From the NCBI GenBank assembly GCA_033764315.1, contig JANRJA010000151.1, positions 1 to 26,878 on the forward strand: 26,878 nucleotides of DNA, read 5' to 3'. Positions 17,283-26,878 of the stretch are shown here, piece after piece. Each line of letters starts with the position of its first letter. Position 1 is the first letter of the stretch. The position numbers were made by a program, and so were the translations under genes. The stretch is from Oculatellaceae cyanobacterium bins.114 (lineage in GTDB: Bacteria > Cyanobacteriota > Cyanobacteriia > Elainellales > Elainellaceae). The notes under the pieces were generated by a model. The model made no database searches and had not been told where the DNA came from. It saw only the letters and a list, made by a program, of their open reading frames with translations.

Positions 17283-18137
17283 ATGTCTAATCTGTTGTCT
17301 CAACTCTACCGTCAGATCCGTCGCCGCTGGATCTACGGATTTATGTCACTGATGGTGGCGATGGGTGTCGTATTTACAACTCCTCAATCTTCTCAAGCAA
17401 TTCCCTGGCTCGATTTAATTATTCGAGGGGTGCAGGTGATTCAGCTCTCAAACCTCTCAGACAACCAAGAGGTCGCTCTAGGTGGGCAGATCAACCAACA
17501 ATTGACCAGTCAAGAATTTAGACTCAATACCAATCGCGCTGTGACTGACTATGTTAATAGCATTGGTCAGCGGTTGGTGCCTCATAGCGATCGCCCCAAT
17601 ATTCCCTATGTGTTTCAAGTAGTAGAGGATGATCAAGTCAATGCCTTTGCAACAATGGGGGGGTATGTCTACGTCACAACGGGGTTACTGAGAACCGCCG
17701 ACAACGAAGCACAACTGGCTAGTGTGATTGGGCACGAGATTGGGCATATTGCGTCTCGCCATGCGGTTCAGCAAATGCGACAAACCGCGATCGCCCAAGG
17801 TGTTGTTACGGCAGCGGGGCTAGATCGCAGCACGGCTGTCAATATTGGTGTGGAGTTAGCGTTGCGTCGTCCTAACAGTCGCCAAGATGAGCTTGAGGCC
17901 GATACCAAAGGGTTAGCTACCCTGACGCGAGCCGGATATGCCCCTAGTGCAATGGTGGCATTTATGCAAAAACTGATTGGGCAATCATCAGTTCCATCGT
18001 TTTTAAGCACTCACCCAGCTACCCGCGATCGCATTCGAGCATTAGAGCGACAAATTCCTCCAGCATCTGCCAATACGGGGACTGGGTTAGATAACACGGC
18101 CTATCGCAACCGAATTCAACCCATTGTGCGTCGATAA
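17283..18137 (+). CDS. M48-family zinc metallopeptidase
   Basis: VNAFATMGG, HEIGH, ELEAD and FLSTHP motifs, with an N-terminal signal or transmembrane segment. Confidence 0.93.
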   Translation: MSNLLSQLYRQIRRRWIYGFMSLMVAMGVVFTTPQSSQAIPWLDLIIRGVQVIQLSNLSDNQEVALGGQINQQLTSQEFRLNTNRAVTDYVNSIGQRLVPHSDRPNIPYVFQVVEDDQVNAFATMGGYVYVTTGLLRTADNEAQLASVIGHEIGHIASRHAVQQMRQTAIAQGVVTAAGLDRSTAVNIGVELALRRPNSRQDELEADTKGLATLTRAGYAPSAMVAFMQKLIGQSSVPSFLSTHPATRDRIRALERQIPPASANTGTGLDNTAYRNRIQPIVRR

Positions 18138-18181
18138 AGATGCGTCAAAACACAGGGGCTGACACCGTTTAAGGATGGGTT

Positions 18182-18943
18182 TTAAGTATGGGTTAATTGG
18201 CGTCGGCGACTTGCCACCTGACTGGGGTCGATTTGAATGACGGCTTCGTCTAGAGGCATCGTCCGCAACACATTCTCAAAAACATTAACCTGATAAACCC
18301 GTTTGCTTGTGATGTCTAGCCCCGTGAGCCAGCCACTCTTGGGGTGATAGGCACCCGTATCAATATCTAACCAACCCTGTCCTTGGGCGATCGCTCCTGG
18401 AATGACGTTAGGCAAGGTAAAAGTAATGGTGTGTCCAGTGATGATCAATTTGTCGGGAAAGTAAGGTTTTGCCATGCTGTGAAACTCTTCCCGAATCCAG
18501 CAATATTCCTGAGGAGTTTGCTCATCAATGGGTAAACCGGGATGGACGCCAGCATGGGCAAGCCAAATATCTCCTAAATCGAGATGAGTTGGCAACGTGC
18601 GAAACCAATTGACATCGTCTACTAATAAATCAGGATCGCTATAGCTAGAGACCGTTGTCTGCCCACCACTATAAAGCCACGCTTGCAACGCTGGATGCAG
18701 CACTTTGCTGTCAGGCAGAGCATCTAATAGCAACTGCTCATGGTTTCCTAACAGGCAAGGATAATGATGCTGGCGGACAAAACTAACCACTTGAGAACTT
18801 TTAGGGCCCCGGTCAATCAAATCACCTAAAAAGTAAACCTGATCCGCAGAGGTAGGGGCGATCGCATCCAGTAACTGCATCAAACCATCGTAATGACCAT
18901 GCACATCACCGACAAAAATGCGACGACCACTAATCACACTCAT
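18182..18943 (-). CDS. calcineurin-like metallophosphoesterase (PPP/PrpA-like Ser/Thr phosphatase)
   Basis: GDVHG, GDLIDRG, GNHE, HAG, GHT and DTG motifs. Confidence 0.92.
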   Translation of the reverse strand: MSVISGRRIFVGDVHGHYDGLMQLLDAIAPTSADQVYFLGDLIDRGPKSSQVVSFVRQHHYPCLLGNHEQLLLDALPDSKVLHPALQAWLYSGGQTTVSSYSDPDLLVDDVNWFRTLPTHLDLGDIWLAHAGVHPGLPIDEQTPQEYCWIREEFHSMAKPYFPDKLIITGHTITFTLPNVIPGAIAQGQGWLDIDTGAYHPKSGWLTGLDITSKRVYQVNVFENVLRTMPLDEAVIQIDPSQVASRRRQLTHT

Positions 18944-19134
18944 TTAAGCCTCTTGCCGACATTCCTAAAGGTATAGCCAACGGGGAATATTTCATCATAC
19001 CCTAAGCTAGAGCACTACTAACCGTAATGCTGAGCCAAAATCCTCATTCCATTATGCCTAATCTCTCTCAGGAAAATCACGAAGAGAGTGTTAGGAATGC
19101 CCTATTGAAACTGTAAAGTTTATCGCACCTAGAG

Positions 19135-19845
19135 CTATTGGCTCAAAGCACGCAAGAATTCTTGTAGTCCGGCTAAAAATCCTTTGCGGGGAGCCGGACG
19201 AGAGTCATCGCTTTCTGTTCCTTGAAAGAGGATGCGATCGAGGGCTTCTCCAATTGGTTTTTGCGGTTCCTCTGCAATTAGCTCATAGGTTCCATTAGTC
19301 TCTCGCCATACCTGCCAAGGAGATGGGTAGCAGCGAAACAGGGCAGCCCCCTCTAAAGGACGAATGTAATAACACGACTCAAAGGTGTTGAGCAGTCGCT
19401 CTCGCAATTGTCGCCCTGCGTAACCAATGCCAATGATGGCTACGTCTTCTAAGCGAGGATTAAGCAACACCACCGGACGCTGGTGTGCCTCCTCACACAG
19501 TTGTTCGACTTGGGCAACCTCAACTGAGGATGGCTCGACAAACAAGAAGACCTGCTCTTCTGGTTGAATCACTGCCTTTAACTCACCAATGCCGCGAATA
19601 GCATAGGGCTTTTCGCCCCAGTCTCGACGGGCCAATGCCGCAGCACCTGGATCGGGGAAAAACACCCGAAATTTATCTCCCAGATCTTCAAAAGCAGGAA
19701 TAAATTTCTCTGCAACGGGCATAATTTTCAATTCTGGAAACACCAGTTCGATTTGGAGGCGATTTAACCCATCTGCGATCGCCGCTTGGGTTGCCTCTCT
19801 GGCTTGAGCGATCGCATCGTCTAAATTTTGAGGAAGTTGAGTCAT
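19135..19845 (-). CDS. DUF1995-family protein
   Basis: Likely start MTQLPQNLDDAI (ATG at 19845). Motifs FFPDPGAAALARRDWG, RPVVLLNPRL and GALFR-like. Confidence 0.85.
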   Translation of the reverse strand: MTQLPQNLDDAIAQAREATQAAIADGLNRLQIELVFPELKIMPVAEKFIPAFEDLGDKFRVFFPDPGAAALARRDWGEKPYAIRGIGELKAVIQPEEQVFLFVEPSSVEVAQVEQLCEEAHQRPVVLLNPRLEDVAIIGIGYAGRQLRERLLNTFESCYYIRPLEGAALFRCYPSPWQVWRETNGTYELIAEEPQKPIGEALDRILFQGTESDDSRPAPRKGFLAGLQEFLRALSQ

Positions 19846-19908
19846 AACAATAGCAAGTGCAGAATGCGGGGAAATCAAAATGGTGCGGCATGCAAGAGCA
19901 AAGCCCAA

Positions 19909-20433
19909 TCACTTGTTTTGGGGTTGGGTGGGGTCAACATAGCCCTGAATGTTTTCGGGGTTCATCTCTTTTAAGATGCGACTGGCTTGGTTAGTCAGGT
20001 TAGCCGCACCCTTGACCACGATCAAATATTTACCTTGCTTGAGGCGATTGCGATAGGGCAATGCATCACCACTGCCAAACGCAACACCGCTGCCACCCCC
20101 GACAAAAACGCTGCCCATAGCTCCGGCGATCGCCCCAAAAACACCGCCAATTAGATGGTTGCCGAGTATCCCAGCCCAAGGAAACAACTCAATCTGAGTA
20201 ATTTGATTAAACGCATAGCCCGCAACAAACCCAAACGGCACGAGCCAATAAGCCATCAATTTGGCTTGTTTACGACCTTGTTGATTGGGATCAAGAAAAC
20301 CAAATTCGTCCGCTGTTTGATATCCCTTGCCCAAAATACTGATTTGACCTAGAGGTAAACCCGCTTTTTCGAGGGCAGTATAGGCTTCCTCCGCCTGAAT
20401 CCGATCTGGCAAAACAGCAATTACATAGTTCAT
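19909..20433 (-). CDS. cyanobacterial membrane protein of unknown function
   Basis: Likely start MNYVIAVL (ATG at 20433). Two Gly-rich transmembrane segments and YRNRLKQGKYLIVV. Confidence 0.8.
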   Translation of the reverse strand: MNYVIAVLPDRIQAEEAYTALEKAGLPLGQISILGKGYQTADEFGFLDPNQQGRKQAKLMAYWLVPFGFVAGYAFNQITQIELFPWAGILGNHLIGGVFGAIAGAMGSVFVGGGSGVAFGSGDALPYRNRLKQGKYLIVVKGAANLTNQASRILKEMNPENIQGYVDPTQPQNK

Positions 20434-20522
20434 AGCTAAATTAGCGGTAGAACCTAAACGAAACATCTCTCTTTCATTATCAGATCGGGTGTAGCATTCA
20501 GGTCACGATTTTGGGCAACCTC

Positions 20523-21221
20523 CTACTCTACTTTGAGGACATCTTGTAACCCCAACCAATTGTGCTGACGAATTCCCCAAGACATAACGACGACTATGAG
20601 GAGAAAAACCACCAATAAACCAACACCAACGGAAACGCCAAACTTAAAGGTTGAACCCACATAGGTCAACAAGAATGTGCCAGGAATAGTTCCCAAAATC
20701 GTGGCACTGGCATAAATAGGCAAGGAAAGACCGCTAATGCCTGCGCCATAACTCATCAAATCAAATGGCAACACGGGAAAGAGATGGCTGACAAACATGA
20801 TCCATCCTAGATAAATCTCTCCACGATGGTTAGAGAGATAGATAATTTTGCCAGTTAAAGCCTGAACGGTCGATCGTCCGAGTGTGCGTCCAATAAAATA
20901 GGCGACAAAACTACCCAGTGAAATGCCGATAATGGCATAGATCGCTGCGGTAAAAGGATCCCAAACAGCACCTGCTGCGAGGGTTAGGGGCGTTCCTGGA
21001 ATCGGACTGATAACAACAGCCAAGGCAGAAACCCCAATAAAAATCAGTACACCAACCCAGCCCATTGACTGAATCAGTTTAACGAACTGGGTAGGCTCAA
21101 AATTAGTGATCTTGATATAGGTCAACCACCACCAAGCAAGACCCAAACATGCCACAAAGAGCATCAGCGCAATGAGATTTTGAACTCTCAAAACAGTCTG
21201 TAACCGACTTGGTTTACGCAT
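20523..21221 (-). CDS. TVP38/TMEM64 (VTT/DedA-like) membrane protein
   Basis: PIPGTPLTLAAGAV, YFIGRTLG and PVLPFDLMSYGAG motifs with multiple transmembrane helices. Confidence 0.9.
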   Translation of the reverse strand: MRKPSRLQTVLRVQNLIALMLFVACLGLAWWWLTYIKITNFEPTQFVKLIQSMGWVGVLIFIGVSALAVVISPIPGTPLTLAAGAVWDPFTAAIYAIIGISLGSFVAYFIGRTLGRSTVQALTGKIIYLSNHRGEIYLGWIMFVSHLFPVLPFDLMSYGAGISGLSLPIYASATILGTIPGTFLLTYVGSTFKFGVSVGVGLLVVFLLIVVVMSWGIRQHNWLGLQDVLKVE

Positions 21222-21231
21222 AAAGTAAACA

Positions 21232-21954
21232 TTATCGAGAAAAAATAGTAAGAACGACTGAGCCTAATAAATGGTGATGTCCTAAACAGGTCAGCCCCGC
21301 CTGATGCCCCAAGGTTGCTCGATGGGCAGGGCTATAGAGGCGAATGCCACCCGGAGAAATGGGTAGTTGTTGAGAGGCTACCCAAGGGGTGATTGGGTCA
21401 ACCCAATAAAAGTAAGCTGGCGATCGCAGCACCCTTGTCACTTCTGCCAAAACCGCTTGTGGGTTGGGGTAGTGCAAAAAACTAAGCGTACTAAAAACTG
21501 CATCCAACTGCTCGGTTGCACAGGGAATCGTCTCAGCATTGCCTTGAATATAAATAAGACGAGGATGATGCCGATTTTGCCGACGCGCCTGTCTTAGCAT
21601 TTGAGCCGAGAAATCTAGCCCTATTCCTCTCATTGAAGGAAAAGTGTGTGCTAGTCGGTTTAGTAATTGCCCTGTCCCACAGCCCAAATCTAGAACGGTC
21701 GCTCGTTCTGGAAGGGTGACAAATTCAAGCAATCGCAGGTGAATGGATTGGTAAACAACCGATGGTAAAAGCCAATCATAAATAGATGCCCACCACTCAA
21801 ACAGTTGTTGCTTTGAAGCAAGGCTATTATAGCTATCACACCGATGTAGATGGAGGATAGCTGAGAGCCAATTTGGGGGAAAGGCTGTAAAACACTTTCC
21901 TGATTGTGCCGTGTGAGCAACCGGGGTGAGGGTCGAGAGTTGAGAAAAAACCAT
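21232..21954 (-). CDS. class I SAM-dependent methyltransferase
   Basis: VLDLGCGTG, GLDFSAQML and EVTRVL motifs. The true start is uncertain. Confidence 0.85.
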   Translation of the reverse strand: MVFSQLSTLTPVAHTAQSGKCFTAFPPNWLSAILHLHRCDSYNSLASKQQLFEWWASIYDWLLPSVVYQSIHLRLLEFVTLPERATVLDLGCGTGQLLNRLAHTFPSMRGIGLDFSAQMLRQARRQNRHHPRLIYIQGNAETIPCATEQLDAVFSTLSFLHYPNPQAVLAEVTRVLRSPAYFYWVDPITPWVASQQLPISPGGIRLYSPAHRATLGHQAGLTCLGHHHLLGSVVLTIFSR

Positions 21955-22005
21955 ATTCAGGCAGAAACGATCGATCTGCCCATCAATTTTGAGTTTTTTT
22001 CAACT

Positions 22006-22713
22006 CTATTGGTAGAACCTATCAGGTGAATTTGAATTAAACAGCCCTAACAATGGCCCTAAAAGGGCACCAAACACAAATCCTCCTGCGTGTGCCCAGT
22101 AAGCAATTCCCCCATTCTCCATGCCAATGTTGATGGTTGGCCCCAAGCTGACAATTCCGTAAAAGGCTTGCTGCACAAACCAGAACCCTAAGAAGAAGAT
22201 GGCTGGGATGCGAAAGGTCGTCAGAAAAAAGCCCAACGGAATCAGGGTTAAAATTTTGGCTTGTGGAAAGCGCAGGATATAAGCCCCCATGACTCCGGCG
22301 ATCGCCCCACTAGCCCCTAAAGATGGAATGTCAGAGCCTGAGGAAAAGAACCACTGTGCTAAGGAAGCCAAGACCCCACACGCTAAATAAAAGACTAAAA
22401 ACTTAACATGCCCCAGACGGTCTTCAACGTTGTTGCCAAAAATCCAAAGAAATAACATGTTACCCGCCACATGGAGAAACCCCCCATGTAGAAACTGAGA
22501 CGAAAATAGGGTGATCCACTCTAAGGAGTTGCCCCGACCTTCAAAGTTAGCCGTCAGTTCTCGTGGAACCACTGCCCAAGTCCGAAAAAATTGTTCAAGT
22601 ATTTCGGGTGGTAGGGTTATTTCATACAGAAAAATGAGAACGTTGATAGCGATCAGTGCATAAGTGACGTATGGGGTAATTGTTATAGGGTTGTCATCTC
22701 TAAGGGGAACCAC
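22006..22713 (-). CDS. rhomboid-family intramembrane serine protease
   Basis: HGGFLHVAGNM, catalytic GASG and AHAGG. GTG start with an AGGAGAGG RBS. Confidence 0.93.
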   Translation of the reverse strand: MVPLRDDNPITITPYVTYALIAINVLIFLYEITLPPEILEQFFRTWAVVPRELTANFEGRGNSLEWITLFSSQFLHGGFLHVAGNMLFLWIFGNNVEDRLGHVKFLVFYLACGVLASLAQWFFSSGSDIPSLGASGAIAGVMGAYILRFPQAKILTLIPLGFFLTTFRIPAIFFLGFWFVQQAFYGIVSLGPTINIGMENGGIAYWAHAGGFVFGALLGPLLGLFNSNSPDRFYQ

Positions 22714-23050
22714 AGACGCCTCTCCTAAGTGGTCTACACTCGTAGAATATCGTACCTTTTAAGGGGGAGTTTCTTCCCTGAGGACGGTTATCAAGTAATT
22801 TTTGCACTAAGCTTAATTTTTTGCGCTCCCTCAGGTTTCACAGCATTTAATGTGCAGGAGATCTGAGTTAGGGAAAGGATTCACCTATTTATTTTATTTA
22901 GCGGAATAATATAATTTGAATTCTGTGATAGCAACCATCAAGACAGTTGAGATAAGGGGTTATGGGAACGAAGCCCCGGCACCCTTTCCTAACCAACTCC
23001 TCAGTTTTTAGCGATTGTTATCGATCGACATGACATCACTAGAAAGTTAA

Positions 23051-23176
23051 GAGAGGCGGCTAACCTAAATTGCAACTCAGGTAAACCCACATTGCTTTTC
23101 AGATCAACTGCCTCTCATTAATGGGCTGACTGCTCAATGGGCGATCGCGATGGATAACCGATTAGAGCAGCCTAGC
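23051..23176 (-). terminator. two long tandem stem-loops downstream of petE (3' UTR structure or terminator)
   Basis: GAGAGGCAGUUGAUCUGAA pairs with UUUAGGUUAGCCGCCUCUC (23116-23051), and GCUGCUC pairs with GAGCAGU (within 23176-23123). G-U pairs favour the minus strand. Confidence 0.5.
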
Positions 23177-23265
23177 TTAAAGCTGGAAAACAATTAAACG
23201 CTAATGGCTAGACAAACGCTTCAGCAACAGAGTTGATCAGCTTTGCACTGGAGCGATCGCCCTCA

Positions 23266-23685
23266 TTAACCTTCAACCGTGATCTTGCCAGCCATGCCTG
23301 CACCCCGATGAGGAGCACAGTAATAGCTATAGGTACCAGTGGGCATGTCTGCGGAGAAAGTCACCTCAAACGACTCACCAGGGGAGAACATCAACTGTTC
23401 ATGAGAAATCTTAGTTGCCAATTCTTTGCTGGCCGTTGGGATTTGTTTGTCATCAAAGACAATGTTATGGGGAGGGAGTTTGTTGTTGACCCATTTAACG
23501 GTATCACCAACATGAACGGTTACATTGGCGGGTTCAAACGCCAACATGCCGCTGTCAGCACCCATTTTGACAGTAAAAGTCTCAGCCGCCGCAGGTGAAA
23601 CTGACACCATAAAGCTGCCAATAACCAACACCATCGTCAACAGGGCGAGACTTAAACTCCGTGAAACTCTAGCAATTAATTTCAT
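23266..23685 (-). CDS. petE: plastocyanin precursor
   Basis: Signal peptide ending AAA|ETF. Copper ligands in PHN and [11 protein letters not shown]. Confidence 0.97.
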   Translation of the reverse strand: MKLIARVSRSLSLALLTMVLVIGSFMVSVSPAAAETFTVKMGADSGMLAFEPANVTVHVGDTVKWVNNKLPPHNIVFDDKQIPTASKELATKISHEQLMFSPGESFEVTFSADMPTGTYSYYCAPHRGAGMAGKITVEG

Positions 23686-23837
23686 GGTTACCTCGGAAGG
23701 TTTAAGTTGAATTCGGGATTCAAGTAGAATTCTAGCTTGAATGGCTAAACTTCTAAACTTTCCCTTGCTTACAAAATTGGGGATTAGGGCAAAAACAAGC
23801 TAAAAACAATCCAAAAACAATCGTTGTTTAAGAATCT

Positions 23838-24332
23838 CTAAAATTCCATGCCACCCCAACCTGGAGCTTTTTGAGAGGCTCTTAAGATGAAAGCTGCCAA
23901 GTGTTCAACTTGAGATTGAGACATCCAGCTTTCAGGAATATCCCGGCATGTAAAGGCTTCCATAGTGCCGTCATAGGTCATAGGTTGCCGCATAAAGGCA
24001 ACCAGACTATTGATCGTGTCACGAGGCGGAGTGGCATTATGAAGTGCCTCCAACGACAAGGGCACTGTTGGATCAGGCAAGGTTGCGCCACCTGCATGAC
24101 AATTTTTGCAGTTTGCCTCAAACAGGCGTTTGCCTTCAGACAGGTCTATTGCTGAAAATAAGTCAGTATCTTCAGGGTTGAGTGGAAGTAAAACTGGCTG
24201 CTTTGCATCTAAAAATCGCAGGACATAAGTATCCAAAGAAGCGGCCTGAGCAGGCAAAGTAAGAACTAGCACACTCAGGCACACAACGAAACAAATTTGC
24301 AAAAAGCACCGAAACGTAAGAGAAAACCGCAT
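23838..24332 (-). CDS. psbV2: cytochrome c550-like protein PsbV2
   Basis: CKNCH, ATPPRD, PMTYDG and KAPGWG motifs. Paralogue directly downstream of psbV. Confidence 0.9.
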   Translation of the reverse strand: MRFSLTFRCFLQICFVVCLSVLVLTLPAQAASLDTYVLRFLDAKQPVLLPLNPEDTDLFSAIDLSEGKRLFEANCKNCHAGGATLPDPTVPLSLEALHNATPPRDTINSLVAFMRQPMTYDGTMEAFTCRDIPESWMSQSQVEHLAAFILRASQKAPGWGGMEF

Positions 24333-24362
24333 GGATCACAATGGGTCAATCAAGTGGACCGT

Positions 24363-24854
24363 TTAGTAGTAAATCTTGCCACCGCCCCATTTTTCGCCCA
24401 CAACTTTGGGTTGCAACAAAACATGTCCTGCAATATCTTTCAAGTTATCTTCGGTGAGGTTTCTCATCTTAGGAAAGATATCCGAACTTTGGGTGCTAGG
24501 GTGCAACTCAGCAATCGACTCTAGTCCGTCATAGGTTGTGGGGTTATGCATATAATCCACCAGAGCGGCGATGCTATTGCGAGGTGGGGTTGCACCAGCC
24601 AACGCTTCAGGATCAAGCCCAACGTTAGGGTCAGTTTTTGTAATACCCCCCACATGGCATTGACCACAAGCATAGTTAAACAGGCGTTTACCTTCAGTGA
24701 CCTGTTTCAAGCTCAAAACCACGGTTTCACCCGATTCATTCAGCTTGACAGTACGAGTAGCTTCGTCAAGCTCCGCCGCTGTTGCGCTTCCTACAAGCAT
24801 TTGAAGGACAAAAACGACAGTGACTACAGCGAGCCAAATAGATTTCTTAAGCAC
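24363..24854 (-). CDS. psbV: photosystem II cytochrome c550
   Basis: CGQCHVGG, NPTTYDG, ELHPS and KWGGGKIYY motifs. GTG start with an AGGAGA RBS. Confidence 0.97.
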   Translation of the reverse strand: MLKKSIWLAVVTVVFVLQMLVGSATAAELDEATRTVKLNESGETVVLSLKQVTEGKRLFNYACGQCHVGGITKTDPNVGLDPEALAGATPPRNSIAALVDYMHNPTTYDGLESIAELHPSTQSSDIFPKMRNLTEDNLKDIAGHVLLQPKVVGEKWGGGKIYY

Positions 24855-25612
24855 AAATGGTTCTCCTTAAATACGTACCTCAGTCATCAGGATTTCAACA
24901 CAGCAAGCTCAATCTTCTTTAGCTTCGGCTACCAGCCTATCGCTCCTGCCACTTGTTGCCTTCGAGACAACCGATGAACTAGCAAAACATCTGGTACAAC
25001 CCGAATTGGCATCACGATGTCAACGCTTATACTCCGTGGAATCAAGCCAATTTTTAATGGAGACAAATTTTCTAGTGGAACTAGAGTTTTGTCTTTGAAC
25101 AATAATTTGAGTCATAATTGCCTTGACATCGTTGAACACCGAAAAAGTTTGCGGTTTTGCAGAACATTGGGTGCCCTTTATGCAAGGATCGTTTTCCGGA
25201 TTTTGGGAGACAATCCTAGTACATAACTGATCCGCAGATCTACAGAACCTAAAGTGGCTAGTCGTTGATAAGGCAGAATTGAACTGTTCTAATTCAATAT
25301 CATGCCACTGAACGGGTGCATTCCCAAGGCAGATTCATGCAAATCCCATTGGGATCTACTCTTGCCAGGGAGATGTTCGATTGACACAATATTGGTTAAT
25401 CCCCTGTTCTGGGACGAAACCTAAAGAAGGCAATAGATTCAGGGTAATTGTGGGAATACTACTTTATAAAGTAGAAATGGGTAAAGGTAGTATTTAGTGT
25501 GCTTCCAGCCCGATCGCCGCTCATCCGATGCGCTGGGTTCTCAGTGTAGCAATGGAGACGCAGGTAGCATCTGCCCTCTCGTCCAAGATATCCAGGGGTT
25601 AGGTAAAGACTT

Positions 25613-25984
25613 ATGAGTACGGTTTTGATTGTGGATGACAGCCAGACATTGAGGCAAATGCTTTCAGATTTGCTTCAAAAGAATGGTATTGAGGTGGTTG
25701 AAGCAACCAATGGGATTGAGGCAAAGGAGCAAATTCGGGCAAGCGTTCCCGATCTGGTCATTACCGATTTGATCATGCCTCAGATGAACGGGTATGAACT
25801 ATGCCGTTGGATCAAGAATGAGCCAGCGACTCAAAATTTGCCTGTATTGATTTGCTCTACCAAAAGCGAGGAATTTGATCGCTATTGGGGAATGAAACAA
25901 GGAGCAGATGCATATATCACAAAGCCCTTTCATCCACCAGAATTGATAAAAACTGTAAAGCAACTCCTTAGAGATGCCCACTGA
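25613..25984 (+). CDS. single-domain response regulator (CheY/PilH-like)
   Basis: VDDS, TDLIMPQMNGYELCR and DRYWGMKQGADAYITKPF motifs. Confidence 0.92.
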   Translation: MSTVLIVDDSQTLRQMLSDLLQKNGIEVVEATNGIEAKEQIRASVPDLVITDLIMPQMNGYELCRWIKNEPATQNLPVLICSTKSEEFDRYWGMKQGADAYITKPFHPPELIKTVKQLLRDAH

Positions 25985-26225
25985 GGTAAAACAAGTAGCT
26001 AAAAATAGATCGTTATCAAGAAATTAACTAGATGGGATGGCAACGATCAATTAAAGTGGGACGCAACTTCAAGGACATGGATTAAAACTCTTATCAGTTA
26101 TTTTTCAAATTGCTCTTATTGATAGCTGAAGCTGTACAACTTGTATAACTAGTGTAGATAAGCCCAAAGAATAAGTAACTTTAAGTCAGCGATCGCTTAT
26201 TTGAACTTTTAACCCAATACCCCCA

Positions 26226-26657
26226 GTGACTTATCGAAATCCGATTCCTACAGTTGACATCATTATTGAGATGATGGATCGTCCTTATCGCCCCATTGTG
26301 CTGATTGAGCGACTAAATCCGCCGTTTGGTTGGGCGATCCCTGGAGGATTTGTGGATTACGGGGAATCAGTTGAAATGGCTGCTTTGCGAGAAGCTGAGG
26401 AAGAAACGGGATTACATGTCAAGTTGATCGAACAATTTCAGGTTTATTCCGACCCAGAGCGTGATCCCCGGCAACACACGATTAGCATCGTGTTTTTGGC
26501 AACTGCGAAAGGAGAGCCAAAAGCTCAGGATGATGCTAAAGACGTCAAGATTTTTGAGTTGTGGCAGATTCCTACTACTCTTTGCTTTGATCACGATCGC
26601 ATTTTGCGCGATTACCGATATTATCGGGATCATGGTTTACGCCCTCGATTGGCTTGA
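26226..26657 (+). CDS. NUDIX hydrolase (ADP-ribose pyrophosphatase-like)
   Basis: Nudix box [24 protein letters not shown], plus RDPR and FDH. Confidence 0.93.
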   Translation: MTYRNPIPTVDIIIEMMDRPYRPIVLIERLNPPFGWAIPGGFVDYGESVEMAALREAEEETGLHVKLIEQFQVYSDPERDPRQHTISIVFLATAKGEPKAQDDAKDVKIFELWQIPTTLCFDHDRILRDYRYYRDHGLRPRLA

Positions 26658-26761
26658 GGGTCATGGTCGTGGGTCTATAGCCATTAACCCATCGCCCTTC
26701 AGCACAGCCGTCGTGAGTACAGCGTATTAAGGGCTGCAACCTGACGGGGTGACAAGAGTAG

Positions 26762-26878
26762 CTACAAAGCAGACTGGACAAGCTTCATCGCCCTCATACC
26801 CTTGCGATAATACTGCCACTTGTGGGGTGAGAGTTGAAGTAATTGGGTAACGATTTCAGCATAAGGAGCCATGAACTG
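26762..26878 (-). CDS. possible 3' end of a CDS entering from the right edge
   Basis: Open frame QFMAPYAEIVTQLLQLSPHKWQYYRKGMRAMKLVQSAL*, with TAG at 26764-26762. No family recognised. Confidence 0.3.
   Translation of the reverse strand, partial: QFMAPYAEIVTQLLQLSPHKWQYYRKGMRAMKLVQSAL

Larger units (their letters stand above)
8428..26195. repeat. dispersed HIP1 octamers (GCGATCGC)
   Basis: Roughly 25 copies counted by eye to the right of 8400 (e.g. 8428, 8702, 11351, 15803, 23141). Also present at 202 and 2411. Confidence 0.9.

Noticed and set aside
22954-22986. GC hairpin (GGGGTT...AGCCCC) as an IS200/IS605 end or MITE
   Set aside because: Single short copy with no second end and no transposase remnant.
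23266-24854. psbV-psbV2-petE cluster as a novelty
   Set aside because: Clustering of psbV/psbV2 with a soluble electron-carrier gene is already known in cyanobacteria.
24870-25610. Riboswitch, RNA gene or the ORF 25017-25226 in the psbV-regulator gap
   Set aside because: Only small local hairpins are present. No recognisable RNA family or protein motif.
2672-26781. Remaining short ORFs nested in or antisense to long genes
   Set aside because: Shadow frames of well-supported CDSs with no independent evidence.

Overview
Cyanobacterial chromosome segment: HIP1 GCGATCGC is abundant and psbV, psbV2 and petE are present. The window has three parts. (1) Bases 1-8230 are an accessory, integron-cassette-like region. 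A complete class C group II intron (478-2404, RT/maturase ORF 971-2305) sits at TTGT|TA in the bottom strand of an attC-like site that can be rebuilt from 396-477 plus 2405-2409. Upstream on the minus strand is a HIP1-free two-gene operon: a 1022-aa protein with an amphipathic beta-hairpin resembling a pore-forming toxin, and a 652-aa protein with a pre-toxin-TG-like segment followed by a PD-(D/E)xK nuclease-like region. No immunity gene follows it. Downstream is a probable toxin-antitoxin pair. Three copies of a degenerate ~50-75 bp leader and several tyrosine-recombinase-like half-sites mark the module ends. (2) Bases 8231-15300 hold an HTH-TIR-AAA_35 gene and an AAA_35-(GAF)4 gene with duplicated CyaB2-like GAF tandems. 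They lie behind a 15/16 consensus CRP box and are divergent from a PDE-like HD protein, suggesting a cyclic-nucleotide-gated module. (3) Bases 15552-26878 are ordinary cyanobacterial core genes. Family assignments come from motif recognition only; no database searches were run.
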